NCBI GenBank assembly: GCA_039033475.1
Contig: JBCCCO010000002.1
Span: 3,294-67,293 of the forward strand
Length of the DNA: 64,000 nt
Source: Pseudomonadota bacterium
GTDB lineage: Bacteria; Pseudomonadota; Alphaproteobacteria; Rhizobiales; CBDHHC01
Direction: 5' to 3'
Positions 10,416-18,912 of the stretch are shown in pieces. Made by a program: the position numbers and the translations under genes. Each line of letters opens with the position of its first letter. The first letter of the stretch is position 1. The notes below the pieces were generated by a model, which had not been told where the DNA came from, did not search any database, and was given only the letters and a program-made list of their open reading frames with translations.

Positions 10416-11303
10416 TCATACCAGACTTTCAGGCGACAACTTCTGAAAGATGATATTATCTTGAATTACAGGCTGCATAAATTTTGGAATAGATACAGTC
10501 TTACCAGTCGTCAAAAAACGACATCTCTGTTGTTCGAGAGCATCCGGCAAAGTATTCTTTAAATAATATGGATGGCGCTCCAGATAATCTTCCAGGCTAT
10601 CGGCAACCCGTGTGGGTTGGCAAAAAATCCGCGTATAGTCTGGCAAATACACTTCAAATAAAGTGCGCACCAGAGGATAATGCGTACACCCTAAAATTGC
10701 TGTATGGGGTGTGTGGTGAGGCCACTTTTCAAATGCGGTTTTGAGAGCTGTATCAACATAGCTTTTAACAAGAGCCTCTCGTTCGTGTTGCGGGGCCATA
10801 TCTTCAATAGCCCCCGCCAAATGAGGGCAGTCTTGTTGTAAAAGCCGCACCCTGGGACAACGTTTATGAATTTCTTCTGGATAAACATCTGTCGATACGG
10901 TGCGCTGGGTGGCAAACAAAAGAATAACATCATCATTGTTCTTTTGCGGATACTGAGGTGTCTTAATTGACCATGGGGTTTGAGTTGCCGCCTCCACAGT
11001 TGGGGCAATGATCCCCACAACATTATGTCCGCTCCATTCAGAACCAGGCAGCCAGTCTTGTTGTAATTTTCTTGCAGCCACTGCCGTTGCCGTATTGCAA
11101 GCTAAAATAACCAGCCTGCAACCATAGCGAAAAAGACTTTCGACGCCAAATTGTGTCAGTTCATAAATATCTTGAGAGGATTTATTGCCATAAGGAGCGT
11201 TTCCATGATCCCCCAAATATACAAAGGGAATGTCAGGAAAACGGGATTTGAGAGCCTGATAAATCGTAAGTCCACCAAAACCTGAATCAAACAAGCCAAT
11301 CAT
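10416..11303 (-). CDS. murI: glutamate racemase
   Basis: MIGLFDSGFGGLT N-terminus, ACNTAT and GCTHYPL catalytic-Cys motifs; ATG at 11303 preferred over the TTG at 11312 in the ORF track. Confidence 0.9.
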   Translation of the reverse strand: MIGLFDSGFGGLTIYQALKSRFPDIPFVYLGDHGNAPYGNKSSQDIYELTQFGVESLFRYGCRLVILACNTATAVAARKLQQDWLPGSEWSGHNVVGIIAPTVEAATQTPWSIKTPQYPQKNNDDVILLFATQRTVSTDVYPEEIHKRCPRVRLLQQDCPHLAGAIEDMAPQHEREALVKSYVDTALKTAFEKWPHHTPHTAILGCTHYPLVRTLFEVYLPDYTRIFCQPTRVADSLEDYLERHPYYLKNTLPDALEQQRCRFLTTGKTVSIPKFMQPVIQDNIIFQKLSPESLV

Positions 11304-11312
11304 AACTCTCAA

Positions 11313-11340
11313 CCGTCATTCCCGCGAAAGCGGCAATCTC
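11313..11340 (+). repeat. Palindromic element core (one stem mismatch)
   Basis: CCGTCATTCCCGCGAAAGCGGCAATCTC, beginning 10 nt upstream of the murI ATG. Confidence 0.8.
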
Positions 11341-11416
11341 ACTGACTATAAGTATATTGTAAGTTCCAGAGATCCCGGTTCGTTCGCACTTTATGCGCTT
11401 GACTTAGTGAATAGAT

Positions 11417-12295
11417 CTACTCAGCCGCGTTTGAAGTCTCATCTTGCTTTGCAGATACAGATGGCACGGCTTCATCATAGTCTTTAATGGCATCAAGTGT
11501 TGGCATTGCAACTGTATTGTATCCACAATCGACATAGTGAACTTCGCCAGTGACAGCACCCGACAAATCCGACAAAAGATAAAGCGCAGACCCTCCAACC
11601 TCATCTAATGTTGGAGTGCGTTTCATAGGAGAATGATCGCGCTGATAATTAAACAGTATGCGAGCATCAGAAATGCCAGCCCCTGCAAGCGTACGCATAG
11701 GGCCTGCGGATAAAGCATTAACACGGATTTGATTTGGTCCAAAATCAGTTGCCAAATAACGCACACTCGCTTCTAGTGCAGCTTTAGCAACGCCCATTAC
11801 ATTATAACAGGGCACGACCTGGCTTGCGCCGCCATAGGTCAAGGTAATCATAGAGCCACCTTCTGTCATAAGATCAGCGGCACGCTTTGCAATTTCGGTA
11901 AAGGAAAAGCATGAAATCACCATAGTATTGGTGAAATTATCCCGTGATGTATCGGCATACCGTCCCTTTAGCTCGGTTCTATCGGAAAAGGCAAGCGCAT
12001 GAACAACAAAATCAAGCTTGCCCCAAGTTTCTTTAATCTGCTGAAAGGCTGTATCGACACTTTGCAAATCAACAACATCACAGGGGACGATAATCTCTGC
12101 ACCAACAGATTCGGCAAGGGGTACAGCTCTTCGTCCAAAAGCTTCACCTTGGTAGGTAAAGGCCAAATCGGCACCATGGTCTGCCAAAGTTTTAGCAATA
12201 CCCCAGGCTATGGACCGGTCATTTGCCACGCCCATTATAAGCCCTTTTTTCCCTGACATGAGACCAGACGATGGAGTTATATTTTGTTCTGTCAT
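11417..12295 (-). CDS. fabI: enoyl-[acyl-carrier-protein] reductase (NADH)
   Basis: 292 aa; GKKGLIMGVANDRSIAWGIAK dinucleotide-binding N-terminus, SDR fold pattern typical of FabI; downstream of fabA-fabB. Confidence 0.93.
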   Translation of the reverse strand: MTEQNITPSSGLMSGKKGLIMGVANDRSIAWGIAKTLADHGADLAFTYQGEAFGRRAVPLAESVGAEIIVPCDVVDLQSVDTAFQQIKETWGKLDFVVHALAFSDRTELKGRYADTSRDNFTNTMVISCFSFTEIAKRAADLMTEGGSMITLTYGGASQVVPCYNVMGVAKAALEASVRYLATDFGPNQIRVNALSAGPMRTLAGAGISDARILFNYQRDHSPMKRTPTLDEVGGSALYLLSDLSGAVTGEVHYVDCGYNTVAMPTLDAIKDYDEAVPSVSAKQDETSNAAE

Positions 12296-12401
12296 TGTTG
12301 CGCTACCTGGAATGCAATTATATAAAATATAGACTGTAATGTATAAGAATCTTTTTCATAAAACATATTTTGTTTCAGAGTGTTTCAGTTTGGAATTAAC
12401 G

Positions 12402-13634
12402 TTAAGCCTCAAAACGCTGAAAAATGAGTGTCGCGTTCGTGCCGCCAAATCCAAAGCTATTGGACATCACCGTATTTAAATTCACATCATCCTGTCGCTC
12501 AAGGGCAATTGGCATATCCTTAAAGTCAGGGTCAAGATTTTCTATGTTTGCCGATTTGCAGATAAATCCATGTTGCATCATAAGGATAGAATATATCGCC
12601 TCTTGCACGCCGGCCGCACCTAGGGAATGTCCTGTGAGCGATTTGGTTGCACTGATTGGGGGCACGGTATCTCCGAAAACCTCTCGCAAGGCTTCAATTT
12701 CTCGTAAATCTCCAATAGGTGTCGATGTTGCATGGGGGTTGATGTAATCAATCGGGGCATTAATGCCATTTTGGTCTAACCTATTAAGAGCCTGTTTCAT
12801 GCAGCGCACAGCACCTTCTCCAGAGGGTTGAACCATATCAAAACCATCTGATGTTGCTCCATAACCGACAACCTCACAGTATATTTTTGCGCCGCGGGCT
12901 TTGGCATGCTCCAATTCCTCCAGCACAACAACGCCAGCGCCTCCGGCAATCACAAAACCATCCCGGTCAACATCATAAGCCCGGCTGGAAACCTCGGGTG
13001 TTTCGTTGAACTTGGCGGACATCGCATTCATGCCATCGAACAACACTGATAGGGTCCAATCGAGCTCTTCTCCACCACCTGCAAAAATAATATCTTGTTT
13101 ACCCAACTGAATAATCTCGGTGGCATTGCCAATGCAATGCGATGATGTGGAGCAGGCCGATGAAATCGAATAGTTGACGCCTTTAATTTTAAAAGGTGTT
13201 GCCAAAGTTGCAGAATTTGTACTGGACATGGCCTTTGGAACTTCAAAGGGGCCAATCTTTTTAGGACCGCGATGCCTGGTTACATCAGCAGCTTGTACAA
13301 TCGCTTTGGTTGAAGGCCCACCGGACCCCATGATCAGACCTGTGCGCTCATTTGAGACATCATCATCCTCTAGCCCAGCATCTTCAATCGCTTGTTGCAT
13401 CGATACATAATTCCACGCGGCACCAGCACCCATAAAGCGGCGAATTTTGCGATTTATACCGTTTTCCCAATCTAAATCCGGTGCGCCATGAACTTGGCTG
13501 CGAAAGCCGAGTTCAACATAATCTTCAGCACAAACAATACCGGATTTTGCTTCACGTAGGGAGTTCAAAACCTCAGGCGCTGTGTTTCCTATCGAAGACA
13601 CAATGCCAATACCTGTAACAACAACACGTTTCAT
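12402..13634 (-). CDS. fabB: beta-ketoacyl-ACP synthase I
   Basis: 410 aa; active-site Cys ([10 protein letters not shown]), HATSTP and GHSLGAAG His motifs; located directly after fabA. Confidence 0.92.
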   Translation of the reverse strand: MKRVVVTGIGIVSSIGNTAPEVLNSLREAKSGIVCAEDYVELGFRSQVHGAPDLDWENGINRKIRRFMGAGAAWNYVSMQQAIEDAGLEDDDVSNERTGLIMGSGGPSTKAIVQAADVTRHRGPKKIGPFEVPKAMSSTNSATLATPFKIKGVNYSISSACSTSSHCIGNATEIIQLGKQDIIFAGGGEELDWTLSVLFDGMNAMSAKFNETPEVSSRAYDVDRDGFVIAGGAGVVVLEELEHAKARGAKIYCEVVGYGATSDGFDMVQPSGEGAVRCMKQALNRLDQNGINAPIDYINPHATSTPIGDLREIEALREVFGDTVPPISATKSLTGHSLGAAGVQEAIYSILMMQHGFICKSANIENLDPDFKDMPIALERQDDVNLNTVMSNSFGFGGTNATLIFQRFEA

Positions 13635-13719
13635 AACTTATGATAGCCTCACTTGAGAGGGATTAATATTTTCATTCATTCTGCTTTGATCACGAACAAA
13701 ACAGCCAATTTGGAAAAGC

Positions 13720-14247
13720 TTATGAGGCTTCAGACCCCGCTTCGGGCTCGAACAAACCGACACGTAAGTTCGTCGCTTCATATATTTTTTCTCCGTCAGC
13801 TTTCAAAAGACCATCGGCGATACCCAGAGTTAACTTCCGTCTTATAACCCGTTTGAGATTAATGACATATTCTACTTTCTTCACATTTGGTAAAACCATA
13901 CCCGAAAATTTGACATCGCCAACGCTAAGTGCACGCCCTTTTCCAGGCTCTCCAAGCCAGGCAAGAAAAAAGCCAAGCATTTGCCACATCGCATCAAGGC
14001 CCAGGCACCCAGGCATAACAGGATCTTTGTCAAAATGGCAGGAGAAAAACCATAAATCCGGTTTAATATCAAGCTCAGCAATAATTTGTCCTTTGTTGTG
14101 CTCCCCGCCCTCTTCAGAAATATGGGATATGCGGTCAAACATAAGCATAGGTGGCAAAGGAAGTTGTGCATTGCCAGCTCCGAAAAGCTCGCCTCTGCCA
14201 CATGACAAGAGATCTTCATATTCAAAAACGGAACGGCGTTCGGCCAT
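13720..14247 (-). CDS. fabA: 3-hydroxydecanoyl-ACP dehydratase/isomerase
   Basis: 175 aa; [20 protein letters not shown] matches the FabA active-site region. Confidence 0.95.
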   Translation of the reverse strand: MAERRSVFEYEDLLSCGRGELFGAGNAQLPLPPMLMFDRISHISEEGGEHNKGQIIAELDIKPDLWFFSCHFDKDPVMPGCLGLDAMWQMLGFFLAWLGEPGKGRALSVGDVKFSGMVLPNVKKVEYVINLKRVIRRKLTLGIADGLLKADGEKIYEATNLRVGLFEPEAGSEAS

Positions 14248-14293
14248 ATTTTTATTCCTGACAGTCTTAGACGTTGTTGTACAAAATTAAATT

Positions 14294-14350
14294 TAGGCTC
14301 AGGACCTGTAAATAGCATCCATTCTATGTTATTTATAGGTCCTGAGCCTA
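14294..14350. repeat. Long inverted repeat (21-nt arms, 15-nt loop) in the fabA/irr divergent region
   Basis: TAGGCTCAGGACCTGTAAATA ... TATTTATAGGTCCTGAGCCTA; 20/21 complementary. Confidence 0.9.
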
Positions 14351-14414
14351 GTTTGCGATATAATATTTTGCTTCCGTAACATAGTCTTGAAAATATAAAA
14401 AGAAGATTTTACAT

Positions 14415-14445
14415 CCAGAATTATAGCTGGAAGCCAGAATTATAG
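14415..14445 (+). promoter_or_regulatory. Tandem direct repeat CCAGAATTATAG x2 (possible operator)
   Basis: Exact 12-mer at 14415-14426 and 14434-14445 between fabA and irr; function unknown. Confidence 0.3.
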
Positions 14446-14635
14446 ATAGAAGGATGTTATCAGAGGTGTTTGCGATCAAGATCGTATGCGTAAACGTGAC
14501 CTAGATCATGTAAATTTTATCGTTTTGGAAGAAAATTTATGAAACTGCGTTATTTTGTAATATGACTTTTATCCTAAGTAATGATAGAGTGCCCTCTGTA
14601 ATTATACAAAATGATTATTTTAGATACCATATAAT

Positions 14636-15037
14636 ATGAAACAAGTACGTCACCTTTTAGAAAAAGCAAATTTAAGACCAACCCGTCAACGGTTGGCTCT
14701 TGGCGATCTGCTTTTTACCGGCCAGGATCGCCATGTCACAGCCGAAGCCTTACATGAAGAAGCTGTTGCAAAGAATATGGCTGTCTCATTAGCGACGGTA
14801 TACAATACGTTGCATCAATTCACAGAAGCAGGACTGTTAAGGCAAATTGCGGTAAACGGCTCTAAGGCATTTTTTGATACCAACACATCAAATCACTATC
14901 ATTTTTATAGCGAACGTGATGGCCATATCACAGATATCCCAAATGATGAAATAGAAGTCGTTGGTTTACCAACCGCGCCTGAAGGTATGGAAATCAGCCG
15001 GGTCGATGTCATAGTGCGATTGGCCAAAAAGAGCTGA
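14636..15037 (+). CDS. irr: Fur-family iron response regulator (Irr-type)
   Basis: 133 aa Fur fold; HxH-type motif (NHYHF) where Irr has HHH; divergent from fabA as in many alphaproteobacteria. Confidence 0.8.
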   Translation: MKQVRHLLEKANLRPTRQRLALGDLLFTGQDRHVTAEALHEEAVAKNMAVSLATVYNTLHQFTEAGLLRQIAVNGSKAFFDTNTSNHYHFYSERDGHITDIPNDEIEVVGLPTAPEGMEISRVDVIVRLAKKS

Positions 15038-15060
15038 TAATTATTTGGTGTTTCGGCTAA

Positions 15061-15882
15061 ATGACTAATACGCACAAAGCTCGTGTCGCTCTCATCCAAA
15101 TGTGTTCAGGACAAAATGTTCAGGAAAATATCTATCAAACATGTCAATTTGTAACGGAAGCTGCAAAGGCAGGGGCAGAGTATATTTTAACGCCCGAGAA
15201 CACCTCTTTGATGGAGCTGCGGACAAAAGCCTTATTTGCAGCAATTGAGACAGAAGACAATAACTCGGTCCTTTCCGCTTTTTCAGATTTGGCCAAAAGG
15301 CTGAGCATTTGGCTGCATATTGGCAGTATTCCGGTCAAACTTAGCGAAGAAAAAGTTGCTAACCGCTCTTACGTCATCTCGCCAAAGGGAGACATTGTCA
15401 CAAATTACGATAAGATCCACATGTTTGATGTTGATTTGCCAGGCGGTGAGAAATATCGTGAATCTAAAAACTATGTTGCTGGGCAAGTGCCAAAGTGTGT
15501 GGATTTGCCTTGGGGAAAATTGGGACTGACAATTTGCTATGATTTGCGTTTCCCATATTTATACCGGATGTTGGCCCATGCAGGCGCGCACATGATAAGC
15601 GTGCCCTCCGCTTTTACCCAGCAAACAGGCAAGGCTCACTGGGAAATTTTATTGAGGGCGCGAGCAATTGAAACTGGCTGTTTTATCTTCGCCGCAGCGC
15701 AGGGCGGGCGTCATGAAAACGGCCGAGAAACTTATGGAAACACCATGATTGTTTCACCTTGGGGTGAGATTATAGCAAATATGGGCCGTGATCCGGGTTG
15801 GATTTGCGCGCATATTGATTTACAAGAGGTCTCACAGGCTAGAGAAAAAATCCCATCTTTGCAGCATGATAGACGAATTTAA
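15061..15882 (+). CDS. carbon-nitrogen hydrolase family amidohydrolase
   Basis: 273 aa; E-K-C triad context (LTPEN, YDKIHMFD, LTICYDLRFP). Confidence 0.88.
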   Translation: MTNTHKARVALIQMCSGQNVQENIYQTCQFVTEAAKAGAEYILTPENTSLMELRTKALFAAIETEDNNSVLSAFSDLAKRLSIWLHIGSIPVKLSEEKVANRSYVISPKGDIVTNYDKIHMFDVDLPGGEKYRESKNYVAGQVPKCVDLPWGKLGLTICYDLRFPYLYRMLAHAGAHMISVPSAFTQQTGKAHWEILLRARAIETGCFIFAAAQGGRHENGRETYGNTMIVSPWGEIIANMGRDPGWICAHIDLQEVSQAREKIPSLQHDRRI

Positions 15883-15894
15883 AAAAATAACACT

Positions 15895-16359
15895 ATGATT
15901 CTATACACTTTAATATGTGACCAAGGTCATGAACAAGATGCATGGTTTCAAAATGCGGCAGCCTTTGATAAGCAAGCTAAAGCTGGATTATTGGAATGCG
16001 CGGTATGTGGTTCGACCAAGATACAAAAGTCCTTGATGGCACCACATGTCAATTCTTCAAAGGCAAAAAATAAAAACACGCACCAGCCAGATCTCAGAAC
16101 CCAAGACAAAAATACAAAGGCTATGGCACAGGCCATAAAAAGTTTGCGTCAGAAAATAGAACAAACCGCAGATGATGTGGGAGATAATTTTGCCTCTGAG
16201 GCCAGAAAACTGTACTACAGCGATAATAGCAATCAGAATGAGAGCGATGAACAAAGCCGTGGCATTTATGGGCAAGCTACAACACACGAAATGAAAGAGC
16301 TAAACAAAGAGGGAATTCCTTTTCTCCCAATTCCAAGTCTGCCTGAAGAGCAGAATTGA
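15895..16359 (+). CDS. DUF1178 family zinc-ribbon protein
   Basis: MILYTLICDQGHEQDAWF ... CAVCGS N-terminal pattern, low-complexity middle. Confidence 0.7.
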   Translation: MILYTLICDQGHEQDAWFQNAAAFDKQAKAGLLECAVCGSTKIQKSLMAPHVNSSKAKNKNTHQPDLRTQDKNTKAMAQAIKSLRQKIEQTADDVGDNFASEARKLYYSDNSNQNESDEQSRGIYGQATTHEMKELNKEGIPFLPIPSLPEEQN

Positions 16360-16366
16360 ACAGCCC

Positions 16367-17107
16367 TTATTTTTTTGCGGCTATAAAATAATTCACATCA
16401 ACGTCATCAGACAAAGTCCAACCATTGCTTACATCTTGTGTCCGGAAAGGATTGTAAATCAGCCCAGTGGTATCAAACGCCTTGAGGTGGGAAGTGCTTA
16501 GAGCATTTTCAAGCTCATCAGGCGTGATGAAGGCATTCCAGTCATGGGTTCCTATTGGCAGCCATCTCAAAATATACTCAGCCCCCATAATCGCAAGCCC
16601 AAAGGAATTAAGTGTACGGTTGAGTGTTGACAGGATCATGACGCCCCCAGGTCTGAGTGCGCGTGAGCATGTTTCAATAAAATGAGGATAATCCGGCACA
16701 TGCTCTAATATTTCTAAGAGAAGCAAAACATCATACTGGTTCTGTTGCTCTGTAAAAGTCTCTATGCGGCCATGACAATATTGAATGTTAAGATTGTTTT
16801 GTTGCGCATGCGCTTGAGCAACTTGGATCGCATCCAAGCTAGCATCAAGCCCCGTAACATTAGCGCCAAGACGCGCCAACGGTTCACACATCAAACCACC
16901 ACCGCAGCCAACATCTAAGAGTGATAACGTTTGGAATGGCTTTTGTAAGCTCAGATCAATACCAAAATGTTCACCAATTATCTTTTTTACATAGATCAAT
17001 CGAGCTGGCCCAAGAAGGTGTAATGGACGGAATTTTCCATTAGGATCCCACCATTCTCTGGCAAGTGCTGAAAATTTCTCAATTTCTTTAGGGTCAAGCG
17101 TTGAAAT
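16367..17107 (-). CDS. ubiG: bifunctional 3-demethylubiquinol 3-O-methyltransferase
   Basis: SAM motif LDVGCGGGLMCEPLARLG; the conserved N-terminal DPKEIEKFSALAREWWDPNGKFRPLH lies upstream of the track start (TTG 16999) with no ATG/GTG/TTG before it; 5' end set at an ATT codon, uncertain. Confidence 0.85.
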   Translation of the reverse strand: MSTLDPKEIEKFSALAREWWDPNGKFRPLHLLGPARLIYVKKIIGEHFGIDLSLQKPFQTLSLLDVGCGGGLMCEPLARLGANVTGLDASLDAIQVAQAHAQQNNLNIQYCHGRIETFTEQQNQYDVLLLLEILEHVPDYPHFIETCSRALRPGGVMILSTLNRTLNSFGLAIMGAEYILRWLPIGTHDWNAFITPDELENALSTSHLKAFDTTGLIYNPFRTQDVSNGWTLSDDVDVNYFIAAKK

Positions 17108-17507
17108 TGTGGTCTACTCTTTGTATTGGTTCAATTAAGAAGGAAGTGATATAATTCATACATTATGGTTATTCATATCCTGACAGTGAGATAAGTGCAA
17201 TTTGATATAATACCAAATAACATTATTAGACGCTTATAATGTTATTTCGCAAGCGCGGCGCGCTTTAGCGCGTAAAGCCTGCGTGGAGCTTAAACGCAAA
17301 TAAAAAATGGCTGCATATTTCGGGACTGGAGTATAGGTCAAAATCAATATGACATGGAATAAGGAAAAAATATTCTGTATAAGTATTAATGTGTTGATAG
17401 CGCCTTTTTTTGCGCGTACTGTGGCATTACGATGCGTCCACAAAATATCAGCTGCACACAATACTCTAAATAATTTCATAAAAAACATATCACTTTAGGT
17501 TTCTGAA

Positions 17508-18770
17508 ATGGCATTACTTGTACTTAAATTTGGAGGGACGTCCGTTGCTGATTTGGAGCGTATACGCCATGCTGCCGCTCACATAAAACGTGAAGTTGAA
17601 GCTGGGCACCAGTGTGCCGTCATTGTTTCTGCGATGGCAGGGCATACCAATCAGCTGATTTCATGGACAAAAGAAGCTGCCTCCTTGCATGATGCCAGAG
17701 AGTATGATGCTATTGTCTCGTCTGGTGAACAAGTCACATCTGGGTTAATGGCAGTCACCTTGCAATCAATGGGAGTGCAGGCCAGGTCCTGGCAGGGGTG
17801 GCAAATTCCTCTACAAACTTGTGACACTCATGGGGCCGCACGTATTCAAAACATTGAAGGAGAGCATTTGAAATCAAGGCTGCTTGGTGGGGAAGTTGCC
17901 GTCATCGCAGGGTTTCAAGGCATTAGTGAGAATAACAGAATTACCACTTTGGGGCGTGGTGGGTCTGATACAACCGCTGTTGCTATTGCAGCAGCTCTCA
18001 AAGCAGACAGATGTGATATTTATACAGATGTAGATGGGGTTTATACGACAGATCCCCGCATTGTATCTCAAGCCCAAAAAATGTACAAAGTATCTTATGA
18101 AGAAATGCTGGAAATGGCATCTCTCGGAGCGAAAGTCTTACAGACCAGGTCTGTTGAAATGGCTATGGTCCATGATGTAAGATTACAAGTCCGCTCTAGT
18201 TTTGCACCACCAGATGGAGTTAGCTCAAGTGGTGATGATGGGACTTGGAATGGTCCTGGTACTCTTGTCTGTAATGAGGATGAAATTGTGGAAAAACAAA
18301 TAGTCAGCGGCATTGCCTATGCTAAAGATGAAGCTAAGGTGACTTTGGTTAAAGTGGCTGATAAACCTGGTGTTGCGGCACGTGTTTTTGGTCCACTCGC
18401 TGCGGCAAATATAAATGTCGATATGATCGTACAAAACGTCTCGGATGATGGGCGTCATACGGATATGACCTTCACAGTACAAAGTGAAGATTTGAACAAG
18501 GCCTTAAACGTCCTCTCTGATGAGAAAGAAGGTATTCAGTATTCAGCTCTACATGGTTCGACAGATATTGTAAAAATTTCAGCTATTGGTGTTGGGATGA
18601 GAAGTCATGCGGGCGTTGCTGCGGATATGTTTAAAGCCCTTTCAGATAAAGGGATCAACATTGAAGCCATTACCACATCTGAAATTAAAATTAGTGTGCT
18701 CATCAATTCAGATTATACCGAACTTGCTGTAAGGACATTGCATTCATTATTTGGACTGGATGCAAACTAA
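17508..18770 (+). CDS. lysC: aspartate kinase
   Basis: 420 aa; LVLKFGGTSV N-terminus, two C-terminal ACT-domain-like repeats. Confidence 0.95.
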   Translation: MALLVLKFGGTSVADLERIRHAAAHIKREVEAGHQCAVIVSAMAGHTNQLISWTKEAASLHDAREYDAIVSSGEQVTSGLMAVTLQSMGVQARSWQGWQIPLQTCDTHGAARIQNIEGEHLKSRLLGGEVAVIAGFQGISENNRITTLGRGGSDTTAVAIAAALKADRCDIYTDVDGVYTTDPRIVSQAQKMYKVSYEEMLEMASLGAKVLQTRSVEMAMVHDVRLQVRSSFAPPDGVSSSGDDGTWNGPGTLVCNEDEIVEKQIVSGIAYAKDEAKVTLVKVADKPGVAARVFGPLAAANINVDMIVQNVSDDGRHTDMTFTVQSEDLNKALNVLSDEKEGIQYSALHGSTDIVKISAIGVGMRSHAGVAADMFKALSDKGINIEAITTSEIKISVLINSDYTELAVRTLHSLFGLDAN

Positions 18771-18912
18771 TCCGATTAATATGATTTTTTAAACATCAAC
18801 AAGGATCTATAAATCACACAGATAAGCCCCTTATCTCGACACTTTAGTCAGTGTGATGTCGTGAAAAATAATATTTGCCATACGCAAATATATCAAAAGT
18901 AGAGATGAAATC

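Noticed and set aside
13853-14318. 145-aa ORFs on both strands overlapping fabA and its upstream region
   Set aside because: They overlap the strongly supported fabA frame, and the minus-strand one is extended only by the long inverted repeat. No motifs were found.
14575-14625. Fur-box-like AT-rich strings (AGTAATGATAGAG, AAAATGATTATTTTAG) just upstream of irr
   Set aside because: Only partial matches to GATAATGATAATCATTATC in a very AT-rich promoter region. This is too weak to call without a position weight matrix scan.
17234-17488. 84-aa minus-strand ORF in the ubiG-lysC spacer
   Set aside because: No recognisable ribosome-binding site or motif. The composition looks like translated AT-rich intergenic DNA. 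The region is kept only as part of the unexplained-spacer observation.
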